A stretch of 55,078 nt of DNA from a virus, in IMG/VR virus record IMGVR_UViG_3300045988_069178. One strand, 5' to 3'. The translations under genes and the position numbers were made by a program. Numbering within the stretch: the stretch's first letter is position 1; every line of letters starts with the position of its first letter. The notes under the pieces are model-generated. The model saw nothing but the letters and a program-made list of their open reading frames with translations. It searched no databases and was not told the DNA's origin. Shown here piece after piece: positions 13,913 to 21,565 of the stretch.

Positions 13913-14086
13913 CTACTCTTTTTCTTTAGCTAAAAGCAGATGTATTCCTCTTCTGATAGCCTCACCTTTTGTGATATTGTGCTGTTCACAATAGATTTTC
14001 AGCTTTCTTTCTGTTTCTTCATCAAGTCTGATACTAAATCTACTTGACTTCGGATTATCGGCCTTAGGTCTGCCTGCTGGTGACAT
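13913..14086 (-). CDS. Ribbon-helix-helix (CopG/Arc-like) regulator
   Basis: 57 aa from ATG 14086 with an AAAGGAAG RBS. GRPK...SRFSIRLDEETERKLKIYCEQHNITKGEAIRRGIHLLL is a typical RHH pattern. Confidence 0.7.
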   Translation of the reverse strand: MSPAGRPKADNPKSSRFSIRLDEETERKLKIYCEQHNITKGEAIRRGIHLLLAKEKE

Positions 14087-14116
14087 AAACATCACTTCCT
14101 TTCTTGTCACACCTTT

Positions 14117-14145
14117 ATTATATTTATGTCACACCACATTGTCAA
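14117..14145 (-). promoter_or_regulatory. Consensus sigma-A promoter flanked by GGTGTGACA direct repeats
   Basis: Minus strand reads TTGACA-17 nt-TATAAT. The 9-mer tgtcacacc occurs at 14105-14113 and 14127-14135, bracketing the -10. Confidence 0.7.
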
Positions 14146-14191
14146 GCATTATTTTAAAATATTTTTCACTAGCCAATATTCAGTTATCAAT

Positions 14192-14228
14192 GTGCAAAAA
14201 CAGGCTATGAATATTGCTACTCATAGCC
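14192..14228 (-). terminator. Intrinsic terminator
   Basis: Minus strand GGCUAUGA-loop-UCAUAGCC followed by UGUUUUUG. Confidence 0.65.
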
Positions 14229-14235
14229 CTTAAAT

Positions 14236-14850
14236 TTACAGCTTAGAAACAAGTGTGCTAAGCTTTGTACGCATAAGATTGCGTTCCTCTGCTGTCATAT
14301 CGCCAATAAGCTGTGTAATATCACCGCCAAGCTCCTTGATATATCCGTCAAGTGCTTTCATCTTATGTTCCTTATCCTCTGGTGTGTTATTCTTGTGCAT
14401 TTCCTTAGTTTCTGTGTAGTTTCTCTTTGCTCTGTCGTAATTACTTTCAGACATTGGCTCTGTATAGTACATCTTGCCATAATCTCTATCCATATCCCTC
14501 ATATGTTCTGCTTCTGGGTACATATGGTAATATGGCGGCTCTTCATATCCTCTGCGATATGTTCCTCTGCCTTTAGGGGCGAATCTGCCATTAGCATAGC
14601 GGTAGTGGTCGTAGTATCTTCTATCTGGATAATCCTCGTACTGTTCAAGCATACGCATGATATCCTCATTATCTTCTGACTTTTCCATAGCTTCAACAAT
14701 TCTGTAATCCTTATCAAAACAAGCTATGTTCTTCGCTATTTCTGTAAAATCCTTTAAATCGTCAAGGTTCTGCCCCTCAAAGCTATCTAATCCGATTGCT
14801 TCAACTTTTGTCTTAACACATTCCATAATCTGTTTAGCCCATTTGTGCAT
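14236..14850 (-). CDS. Hypothetical Y/R/D/E-rich protein
   Basis: 204 aa. The central segment YPDRRYYDHYRYANGRFAPKGRGTYRRGYEEPPYYHMYPEAEHMRDMDRDYGKMYY is low complexity. No domain recognised. Confidence 0.6.
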   Translation of the reverse strand: MHKWAKQIMECVKTKVEAIGLDSFEGQNLDDLKDFTEIAKNIACFDKDYRIVEAMEKSEDNEDIMRMLEQYEDYPDRRYYDHYRYANGRFAPKGRGTYRRGYEEPPYYHMYPEAEHMRDMDRDYGKMYYTEPMSESNYDRAKRNYTETKEMHKNNTPEDKEHKMKALDGYIKELGGDITQLIGDMTAEERNLMRTKLSTLVSKL

Positions 14851-14854
14851 ATCA

Positions 14855-15274
14855 TCAAGCCTCCCTTACTGCAATCAAATTACTGTTCTGAACTTCAATA
14901 GCCTGTGTAGATGTATTCTGCACCGCTACTGTACTGCAACAGCCGCAAGGTACATCAACATATGCCTGTGCTGATACATTAAAGAAATTCTCAACTGCGG
15001 CTGGTGTTACAATCATTCTTGTTGACTGCAAAGGCTCTCCGTCTACTGCAATGGCAAGTGAAATAGCTCCAACTGTACCACCTGTAGGTATCTGAATGTT
15101 TCCACTATAAGATACTAAAAATCTTGCTCTACACTGATTTGTAATACCTCTTAACTTAATGATTCCACTTCCTTGTCTGTGGACTATGCATTTAGTTCCG
15201 CATACCGGTGTTTCTGTAAATGCCACATCTTCTCCGGCGGCAACTGTTTGTAATGCAATTCCTGTTATTTCCAT
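14855..15274 (-). CDS. BclA C-terminal-domain-like (TNF/C1q-like jelly-roll) protein, tentative
   Basis: 139 aa. The alternating beta-strand pattern (IIKLRG...RFLVSYSGNIQ...ISLAIAVDGEPL...VAVQNTSTQAIEVQNSNLIAV) resembles the exosporium BclA-type C-terminal domain as I remember it. Function is uncertain. Confidence 0.55.
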   Translation of the reverse strand: MEITGIALQTVAAGEDVAFTETPVCGTKCIVHRQGSGIIKLRGITNQCRARFLVSYSGNIQIPTGGTVGAISLAIAVDGEPLQSTRMIVTPAAVENFFNVSAQAYVDVPCGCCSTVAVQNTSTQAIEVQNSNLIAVREA

Positions 15275-15398
15275 TATTTTTACCTCTCTTTCATAAAAAT
15301 AAGGGCAAACATTACAGTCTGCCCTTTGTGGTTAAAAGTAATACTGCTTAGCAGACATAATCGAGTTAAACTCAATTAAGATACTCAATTATTCAGTT

Positions 15399-16187
15399 TT
15401 AGCAGCCACATCCTGTATTGCAACCACAGCCATATGCGTAACCATAAAGGTTAGAAGCTGGGAATGAAGGGACCGGTGTAGGTCTTACTGCATCAATAAT
15501 CTGATTTGTCTGTGCTGCCATTGTAGTAGTCAGAAGTGCGTTCTGTCTATCCTGTGAAGCTGCTCTGCGTAAATCATTGTTCTCTGCCTGTAAGGTTGCA
15601 ATCTTGTCATTTGTCAGGAAGTCAAGAATTGCTCTTGTTCCTGCCTGTTGGCTGTCAATAATATCTCTTGTATTATTGTTCATTGTGTTCTGTAAAGCAC
15701 AGGTGTTAGTTGCTAAATTGTAATTAATTCCCTGAATGGCTTCTCTCGTCTCACAGCAGCAGTTAGCAAGCTGTGACTGTAATGCGTTTGTATTCTGCAT
15801 ATTAGCGACTGTATCAGCGTTAATAGCCTGCTGGATGCCATAGCCTGTCTGCATGATATTTGTGTTGATACCATTAAAGCCAGTAAGCATACTGTTGTTC
15901 ATGGCATAGAAGCCATCACAAAGTCCGTTAGAAATGCCATCTAACTTGCTGATAACTGCAGAATTATCAAATCCTCTCTGAATATCAGCCTGTGTAGCAG
16001 CTGTTGCAACATAGCCACCGCCATTGTTGCCACCAAAACCGCCAAATCCACCATTGCCCCATCCAAAGAGCAATGCGAATACAACGATTATCCAAAGCCA
16101 TCCGCCGTCAGCCCATCCGCCGTTATTGCCGTTGCCGTCAATATTAGCGACTAATGGTACGCTGGCACAATTTGAGTTTGAAAACAT
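15399..16187 (-). CDS. Gly-rich membrane-anchored N/Q/T-rich protein with Cys-rich C-terminus
   Basis: 262 aa from ATG 16187 with an AGGAGG RBS. Has a TM helix (WLWIIVVFALLFGW) flanked by G/N runs, conserved Cys (CCCE), and the C-terminal YGYAYGCGCNTGCGC. Confidence 0.65.
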   Translation of the reverse strand: MFSNSNCASVPLVANIDGNGNNGGWADGGWLWIIVVFALLFGWGNGGFGGFGGNNGGGYVATAATQADIQRGFDNSAVISKLDGISNGLCDGFYAMNNSMLTGFNGINTNIMQTGYGIQQAINADTVANMQNTNALQSQLANCCCETREAIQGINYNLATNTCALQNTMNNNTRDIIDSQQAGTRAILDFLTNDKIATLQAENNDLRRAASQDRQNALLTTTMAAQTNQIIDAVRPTPVPSFPASNLYGYAYGCGCNTGCGC

Positions 16188-16257
16188 ATTGTTACCTCCT
16201 AAAAATATATTCATAAAGATGTCACCTAGGTAGTTTGCAAAGACATCTAATATGCTA

Positions 16258-16488
16258 CTAATTACCAAATCTGCTTTTTATCTGATTAAATACATCATCT
16301 GCATTTAATCCCTTTTCCTTGCATAAATTTCTAGCCATCTGCTCTATGCCTTGCATATTACCCTGCTGTGCCATCTGCATAGTGTTTTTCATCATAGGAT
16401 TGCTCATAATCTGATTATTTCCCATCATCTGTTGTATAAACTGTTGCGGACCAGCTTTCATCATCTGAAAAATGTTAATTGGGTTCAT
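16258..16488 (-). CDS. M/Q/N-rich small protein
   Basis: 76 aa of low complexity (QQFIQQMMGNNQIMSNPMMKNTMQMAQQGNMQG). Confidence 0.55.
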   Translation of the reverse strand: MNPINIFQMMKAGPQQFIQQMMGNNQIMSNPMMKNTMQMAQQGNMQGIEQMARNLCKEKGLNADDVFNQIKSRFGN

Positions 16489-17006
16489 TCTTCATCACCG
16501 CCTTTGCTTTGAGTTCTTGAAGTTTTTCTTTGTGTTCCTAAAGATTTATCAAATCTATCTTCTAACTGTCCTATTTTTTCCGATAACTCTTCAAACTTAT
16601 TTAAGAATAGCTGTGTGCTTTCGTCTGATAGGGTAAATTTAGCGTTTTCTGCATTAGCCATAGAATTTACTGTCTGATTATCTTTAGGGTCTGTATAAGG
16701 CTTATACACAATCGTTCTAATCGTTCCGTCAGCATTCCAACCTTTAACATAAATCTCCGACATATCCTGTTTTGGGAAAAACGCCATGGAGCCATCCATA
16801 GGCACTTCATTTGCATTAATATTTTCAACTGCCTGCACAATTCGTCCATTAATGCCTGCTATCTGCTGGGGCACAGGTTGTTGGATTTGTGGCTGTATCT
16901 GTTCCTGTGACTGGAATCTCTGTATATTTGCCATAGGGTTGTATTGATACGCTCCATATTGTGGCAAATAATTATTCATTATAGGTGTCTGATAAGGATT
17001 GTTCAT
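16485..17006 (-). CDS. Hypothetical protein with P/Q/Y/N-rich N-terminus
   Basis: 173 aa with a GGAGG RBS. The N-terminal 50 aa are low complexity. There is a folded-looking core (GRIVQAVENINANEVPMDGSMAFFPKQDMSEIYVKGWNADGTIRTIVYKPY) and a coiled-coil tail. Confidence 0.65.
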   Translation of the reverse strand: MNNPYQTPIMNNYLPQYGAYQYNPMANIQRFQSQEQIQPQIQQPVPQQIAGINGRIVQAVENINANEVPMDGSMAFFPKQDMSEIYVKGWNADGTIRTIVYKPYTDPKDNQTVNSMANAENAKFTLSDESTQLFLNKFEELSEKIGQLEDRFDKSLGTQRKTSRTQSKGGDEE

Positions 17007-17124
17007 TGTCTACCTCCTCTAAAGCCTCTTCGATTGCATGGATAACAAGAGATAATGTCACTAAGTCAAGTTTCTGTAATTCTTCTTTGCTCAAGATTTT
17101 TTCTCTAACTTCATCAGAAAACAT
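16972..17124 (-). CDS. Hypothetical acidic protein (50 aa, below cutoff)
   Basis: MFSDEVREKILSKEELQKLDLVTLSLVIHAIEEALEEVDNEQSLSDTYNE with a GAGAGGT RBS. It overlaps the next gene's start. Confidence 0.45.
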   Translation of the reverse strand: MFSDEVREKILSKEELQKLDLVTLSLVIHAIEEALEEVDNEQSLSDTYNE

Positions 17125-17239
17125 TTACACTACCTCTCTTTCTGATTATATTTTGGCATAAAAAAAGACGCTCATAGCGACATATAATAGACATATATAT
17201 GACACATAAGCGACATTATTAAAATTATGCAATTATAAA

Positions 17240-17257
17240 AACGTGATAAATGCGGCA
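17240..17257. repeat. Inverted repeat, left copy (aacgtgataaatgcggca)
   Basis: Perfect 18-bp reverse complement of 18685-18702, located 43 nt beyond the recombinase stop. Confidence 0.95.
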
Positions 17258-17299
17258 TTAGCACTTCCTATATGCCATGCCAATGGCATTAAGTTTCTG

Positions 17300-18661
17300 C
17301 TAAAAATTCTTTAATTGTATTTCGATATTTCCATTGACTATAATAATCTTATCTATTATAGTTTTAAGTATCATATTTTTTTGTTTCTTGTCGATGTTAT
17401 CCCAAATGTCGGCAAGTTTTTTTATGTTCTCATAAACAAACTCTTTTTTCTGCGTATTGATTGCATTTTTGCTTTCTGTAGCAATATTTGATTTCATTTC
17501 TTTAATCTGCGTTTCAAGTTCCTTAATCATTTCTAAGACAGTATTGTTTCCATCAGCGTACAGATTGTATAATCTTTTTAGCTTAATCTGTTCTTTTTCA
17601 AGCTGTGATTGCATAATTTCAAGTTTTGTCGCCTTTTCCTTTGGTTTGTAAGATGATAAGTCAAGTGATATTTTAAGGATTTCTTCTTCTATCTGCTTTT
17701 CTATTTCATCAGCCCATTCAAGCGAATTATCACAATTTGCATTGTAATTAGGCAAATATGAAAGTTTTTTATCTCTTGAGCAGCAATAAATCTTATGTTT
17801 TTCACTTCCCCATTTCTGATAACGCATTTTGCAACCGCAAACGCCGCAATAACATAATCCAGTAAGTAGATTAGGTTCGGTTATGCAGGAAACTTTTGCT
17901 GAACGCCTTGACCTTCTTAGTTCTAATGCGAGCTCAAATCTATCTTTATCAAAAACAGCTTCGTGCCTGCCTCGATACACCTTGCCTTTATAGGGTATCA
18001 TTCCGACGTTGACAACACTGGTCAAGATGCTCCTTGTTACAATTTCGGACTTAAAACCACAAATTTCCTTAATTTTGGCGTCTGAATATCCGGATATAAA
18101 TAATTCAAGTGCTTTCCTTGCTTGCTCCGCACGTTCTGGAATAGGTATTAATATGCCTTGCTCTTTACTATATGAGTAACAATAAGGCAAATTACCGCCG
18201 CCAAACCAATAACCTTGCTTAACTCGCTCAAGCATACCGCCACGCATACGCAACATCATAGTATTTTTGTCAAGCTGTGCAAATACAGCCATCATCTGCG
18301 TGTAAGCCTGCTCCATAGGGCTGTTGTAACTGACAGAATCGTGAACACATTTAAACATGACATTATACTTTTGAAACACTTTCTCGATAAGATATATCCC
18401 ATCAATCATATTTCTTGATAGCCTATCAAGCTTAAAAGCTACAACACAGCTTACTCTTTTACGGCTACAATCGTTCACAAGTCTTTGAAGCTCCGGTCTA
18501 TCCATATTAGTGCCGGTGTAACCATCATCAATATACCAATCTGATATAATTAACTCATTTTTTCTGCAATAATTTTCAATATCTCTTTTCTGGCTATCAA
18601 GTCCATTGCCCTCAACAGCCTGCTTTTCAGTAGATACTCTCATATAAGCAACACATTCCAT
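17300..18661 (-). CDS. Large serine recombinase (integrase/invertase)
   Basis: 453 aa. Has an N-terminal resolvase catalytic domain (YMRVSTEKQ ... DRLSRN), a recombinase domain, a zinc ribbon (CYCGVCGCKM...YCC) and a C-terminal coiled coil. Confidence 0.9.
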   Translation of the reverse strand: MECVAYMRVSTEKQAVEGNGLDSQKRDIENYCRKNELIISDWYIDDGYTGTNMDRPELQRLVNDCSRKRVSCVVAFKLDRLSRNMIDGIYLIEKVFQKYNVMFKCVHDSVSYNSPMEQAYTQMMAVFAQLDKNTMMLRMRGGMLERVKQGYWFGGGNLPYCYSYSKEQGILIPIPERAEQARKALELFISGYSDAKIKEICGFKSEIVTRSILTSVVNVGMIPYKGKVYRGRHEAVFDKDRFELALELRRSRRSAKVSCITEPNLLTGLCYCGVCGCKMRYQKWGSEKHKIYCCSRDKKLSYLPNYNANCDNSLEWADEIEKQIEEEILKISLDLSSYKPKEKATKLEIMQSQLEKEQIKLKRLYNLYADGNNTVLEMIKELETQIKEMKSNIATESKNAINTQKKEFVYENIKKLADIWDNIDKKQKNMILKTIIDKIIIVNGNIEIQLKNF

Positions 18662-18684
18662 ATATTTTACTCCTTATAAAAATG

Positions 18685-18702
18685 TGCCGCATTTATCACG
18701 TT
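18685..18702. repeat. Inverted repeat, right copy (tgccgcatttatcacgtt)
   Basis: Reverse complement of 17240-17257. It is embedded in the 9-bp palindrome aatgtgccg ... cggcacatt, 24 nt upstream of the recombinase ATG. Confidence 0.95.
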
Positions 18703-18711
18703 ATACGGCAC

Positions 18712-18739
18712 ATTGTAACACATATTTACTTATTGTCAA
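18712..18739 (-). promoter_or_regulatory. Near-consensus sigma-A promoter reading into the right inverted repeat and recombinase
   Basis: Minus strand reads TTGACA-16 nt-TACAAT, with TGT just upstream of the -10. Confidence 0.65.
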
Positions 18740-18827
18740 TTATCTCTGCAATTATCTTTAGTAAGCTGTCTGAAAGCGTTATACTTTCTGTTTTTACATT
18801 CTCGCCGTTCTGGGTAATTTTAATCAT
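18726..18827 (-). CDS. Hypothetical micro-protein (33 aa)
   Basis: MIKITQNGENVKTESITLSDSLLKIIAEIIDNK with a strong GGAGGG RBS. The ATG lies inside the upstream stop region, and its 3' end overlaps the -35 of the recombinase promoter. Confidence 0.4.
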   Translation of the reverse strand: MIKITQNGENVKTESITLSDSLLKIIAEIIDNK

Positions 18828-19032
18828 TATATCCCTCCAACTTACTTATTTTCTTTTTAATTTTATTTATCTTGCGATTAACTGTCCTATCACATACAGA
18901 CAGCCGCATAGCAATTTCTGTAATGCTTCTGCCCTGTGATAGCAACTTAAATATTCTCAATTCTTCTTCTGTAAAATTGGCATTTTCTAAAATCGTATCA
19001 AGCTCCGGCTTAGTAAGTTCTGAAAACTTCAT
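18820..19032 (-). CDS. LuxR/GerE-type (sigma region-4-like) HTH regulator
   Basis: 70 aa. EELRIFKLLSQGRSITEIAMRLSVCDRTVNRKINKIKKK is a typical GerE-type HTH. Confidence 0.75.
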   Translation of the reverse strand: MKFSELTKPELDTILENANFTEEELRIFKLLSQGRSITEIAMRLSVCDRTVNRKINKIKKKISKLEGYND

Positions 19033-19047
19033 AAGCCATACTCCTTA

Positions 19048-19314
19048 TTAAAATTTTATTCCTGTTTCCTTTTCTAACTGTTCAATTAAATCTTTTGCAT
19101 TTATATATCCACCATTGTATGCTTCTATAATCTCATGTATCTCGTCTACAAGTTTTTCTAATCTTTTGCCGCCAAATCCAAATTTGTCATGTAAAACCCA
19201 ACAAAAAATTATTAAAGCTGATGTAAAACTTTCTTTTTGTTGCCTGTTTTTAATTCTATTTTCTTGAACTCTCATCATTTGCTGCTGAAATCTTCGTTGT
19301 TCTGGCTTGCTCAT
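19048..19314 (-). CDS. Hypothetical protein
   Basis: 88 aa with a GAGGA RBS. It overlaps the 3' end of the upstream gene by 59 nt. Confidence 0.55.
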   Translation of the reverse strand: MSKPEQRRFQQQMMRVQENRIKNRQQKESFTSALIIFCWVLHDKFGFGGKRLEKLVDEIHEIIEAYNGGYINAKDLIEQLEKETGIKF

Positions 19315-19918
19315 TTTTTATCCTCGCTTCCTTGCTTTTCTTTGCATAAACTAAAGACTTAATGTAATGCTCTTTACATAATTTTGAATGATTATAAACC
19401 GGCTCACCGCAAAACCAGCATTTGCCATTCATTACCCATTCGCGTTTAATATCAAGTTTGTAATTTTTCTTGGCATCCCTTATTCTTTTTTTGATTTTCT
19501 GCTTATTGCGGCACTTGGTACATGTTTTAAAATTCTCGTCACTTTTAACTTTGCCACAATATACACACAAACCGTTAGCGGCTCTTTTTTCACGTATTTT
19601 TTTCTGCTCGATTCTGTCTTTTTCTTTAAACTTTTCGGGATTCAAATTATAACATGTCATTCTTTTTGCGTATCTCTTTGCTGAACATTCAATACATTCT
19701 TTTTCGTCGCCAAATAAATTGTTTTTACGGCATATAGGGCATATTCCATTTTCTTTATACCAACTAATAAGTTCTCGCCTATCTTTGTTTGTTCTGTCGC
19801 GGCATTTGCTACATTTAACCCCAGCAATATCAAGTGGCTTTCCACAATTTACACATAATCCAGCTTCTTTTCGTCTGTAATACATTCTCATTTGCGGACT
19901 AATTGGCGTTGTTTCCAC
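19256..19918 (-). CDS. Cys-rich multi-zinc-finger protein
   Basis: 220 aa. Repeated GLCxxCGK...CxKCR modules, with at least six CxxC pairs. Confidence 0.65.
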   Translation of the reverse strand: METTPISPQMRMYYRRKEAGLCVNCGKPLDIAGVKCSKCRDRTNKDRRELISWYKENGICPICRKNNLFGDEKECIECSAKRYAKRMTCYNLNPEKFKEKDRIEQKKIREKRAANGLCVYCGKVKSDENFKTCTKCRNKQKIKKRIRDAKKNYKLDIKREWVMNGKCWFCGEPVYNHSKLCKEHYIKSLVYAKKSKEARIKNEQARTTKISAANDESSRK

Positions 19919-19924
19919 TAAAAA

Positions 19925-20587
19925 TCAACCTCTCATTCTGTCAATTCTATCTTGTATCTCTCTAGGTGCTTCAATATACTCTTCTGCGTTTGTATTTTGA
20001 CCAATAAGGGCATTTTCTTTAATTTGTAATGTATTTATATCTCTTTGGAATTTTTGCTCGATTTGAGCCTTATACGAATTTGCATTCGTCTTTTCAATAA
20101 GTGATTTGATATTGTCCGGCATACGATTTATTTCATTCGCACGCTTAACAACTGTTTCGTAAGTTCTTAGAAAATTTGATTGTATTACTGTTTCAATCGT
20201 CTGATAATCTGATGTCGCCCAGTTTTTAAGGTTATCTGGCATACCAACCGCTTGCCTGACAAGTGGCGGTAGCTTATTAAATTCTTCAACCGCCCCATAA
20301 GTACCATTCCGTAACGCTTTACTGACTAATCCCCAAGCTGCCATTCCGTCAAGTTCCCGTGGCTGCGATATAGTCTGTATCTTACTCATTATCTGCCCTA
20401 CATCTGGTGCAAAACCGCTAGTATTAGTTGCAATACAAGCTCTTAATGCCTGTAAAACTAATTCTTCTGGATATTCAGCAAGCATTATATACCAAGCATT
20501 AAGAGTAATCTCTTTATCTGGCGGATTGTAGTTAGGATAATAAGCTTGTATCGTCATTAGAAGTTTTCCGACCTGTTCCCTTGTCAT
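19925..20587 (-). CDS. G39P-like helicase loader / replication protein
   Basis: 220 aa from ATG 20587 (GGAGG RBS, ATGA overlap). The N-terminus MTREQVGKLLMTIQAYYPNYNPPDKEITLNAWYIMLAEYPEELVLQAL resembles the SPP1 G39P loader family as I remember it. Confidence 0.6.
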   Translation of the reverse strand: MTREQVGKLLMTIQAYYPNYNPPDKEITLNAWYIMLAEYPEELVLQALRACIATNTSGFAPDVGQIMSKIQTISQPRELDGMAAWGLVSKALRNGTYGAVEEFNKLPPLVRQAVGMPDNLKNWATSDYQTIETVIQSNFLRTYETVVKRANEINRMPDNIKSLIEKTNANSYKAQIEQKFQRDINTLQIKENALIGQNTNAEEYIEAPREIQDRIDRMRG

Positions 20588-21345
20588 TTCATTGCCTCCA
20601 TCCATTCATCAAATACATTTTTCTTGCCTTGCTGTTTATTAGAATTATCTTCTTTCAGCTCAAACAGTCCTTGCCAACAATGGTCTACTGACTGATTAAG
20701 AATTTTAACCGCTAAGTCATTATCTCCACCAGACAACTTTTCAAGAGTATTCATAGCCCTATGCAACGCCTTGTCGGTACAGAAAGGTTTTTTAATCCTC
20801 TTACGCATTGTCACATACTCGTTAAATGCTTCATCAAGTAATTCATCATCTGGATAATAACTTTTCTTTTTGGATATTACGTTAGTAATATCTTTTTCTG
20901 CATTCTTATCTTCTTTAATTTCTTCTGTTCTTTCATTCTTACTTTCTTTTAATATAGAGTTTGTTAATAGAATGTTATCTGTTTGTTGATTGTTTGTTAA
21001 GTTGCTTGTTATTTGTTTGTTATCTTGCTTGTTATCCGTTTGATACAAATTGTAGTTAACCACAGTAAATATCGTGAATTTGTTTGTTGCTTTGCTTGTT
21101 ATTTCGCCTGTTAATTGTAAGTGTTTTAGCGAGGTACGAATTTCCATTACAGACAAGTTAGTTTCTTTTGATAATTCAGATATTGAAGAGGGGAAAGACC
21201 CTCTTTCAATTATCTTGCCTTTATAATTTCCGTCTTTCCAATAGGCACTTATCAACATATACATAAAAAGTCTGAATGTATTAATATCGCTCCACCATTC
21301 CCACTTTAAAATCTTTCTGTCAATTTTAATAAAGTTACCTGCCAT
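20584..21345 (-). CDS. Replisome organiser (phage replication initiator, N-terminal wHTH)
   Basis: 253 aa from ATG 21345 with a GAGGT RBS. NFIKIDRKILKWEWWSD...FPSSISELSKETNLSVMEIRTSLKHLQLTGEI is typical. The central N/Q/T-rich linker is encoded by 11-nt repeats. Confidence 0.7.
   Translation of the reverse strand: MAGNFIKIDRKILKWEWWSDINTFRLFMYMLISAYWKDGNYKGKIIERGSFPSSISELSKETNLSVMEIRTSLKHLQLTGEITSKATNKFTIFTVVNYNLYQTDNKQDNKQITSNLTNNQQTDNILLTNSILKESKNERTEEIKEDKNAEKDITNVISKKKSYYPDDELLDEAFNEYVTMRKRIKKPFCTDKALHRAMNTLEKLSGGDNDLAVKILNQSVDHCWQGLFELKEDNSNKQQGKKNVFDEWMEAMK
20981..21046. repeat. About six tandem 11-12-nt iteron-like repeats (TTGYTTGTTAW) inside the replisome-organiser gene
   Basis: gtttgttgat tgtttgttaa gttgcttgttat ttgtttgttat cttgcttgttat ccgtttgatac. 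Confidence 0.7.
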
Positions 21346-21373
21346 AATTACCTCTTCAAGTTCCGTCACATTG

Positions 21374-21565
21374 TTACTTCACTAAATCGTTAATGTTAAT
21401 TCTGAATCCGTCAAATTCCTTGCCTTTACTTCTAACGTATGTAGACGTATCAAAGAACAACAAGTTACCACTATTGTCGGTTGCCATACTTACACCATTT
21501 CTTGTAAGACTTCCCTTTAGTAGGTCAAGTAAAATCTGTATTTCCTGCTTTGTTTCGTCTTTCAT
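21374..21565 (-). CDS. Hypothetical protein
   Basis: 63 aa. Its start overlaps the upstream stop. Confidence 0.5.
   Translation of the reverse strand: MKDETKQEIQILLDLLKGSLTRNGVSMATDNSGNLLFFDTSTYVRSKGKEFDGFRININDLVK

Larger units (their letters stand above)
17240..18702. mobile_element. Putative invertible cassette: serine recombinase gene bracketed by 18-bp perfect inverted repeats
   Basis: The inverted repeats at both ends enclose only the recombinase ORF. A near-consensus promoter lies immediately outside the right repeat. Confidence 0.4.

Noticed and set aside
17170-17239. Clustered ATGTCGCT/ATGTGTCAT-type short repeats left of the inverted repeat, considered as an additional recombination site.
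   Set aside because: The repeats are only 7-8 nt and degenerate. The region also contains a weak hairpin plus a T7 tract, which is explained more simply as a terminator after the recombinase gene.
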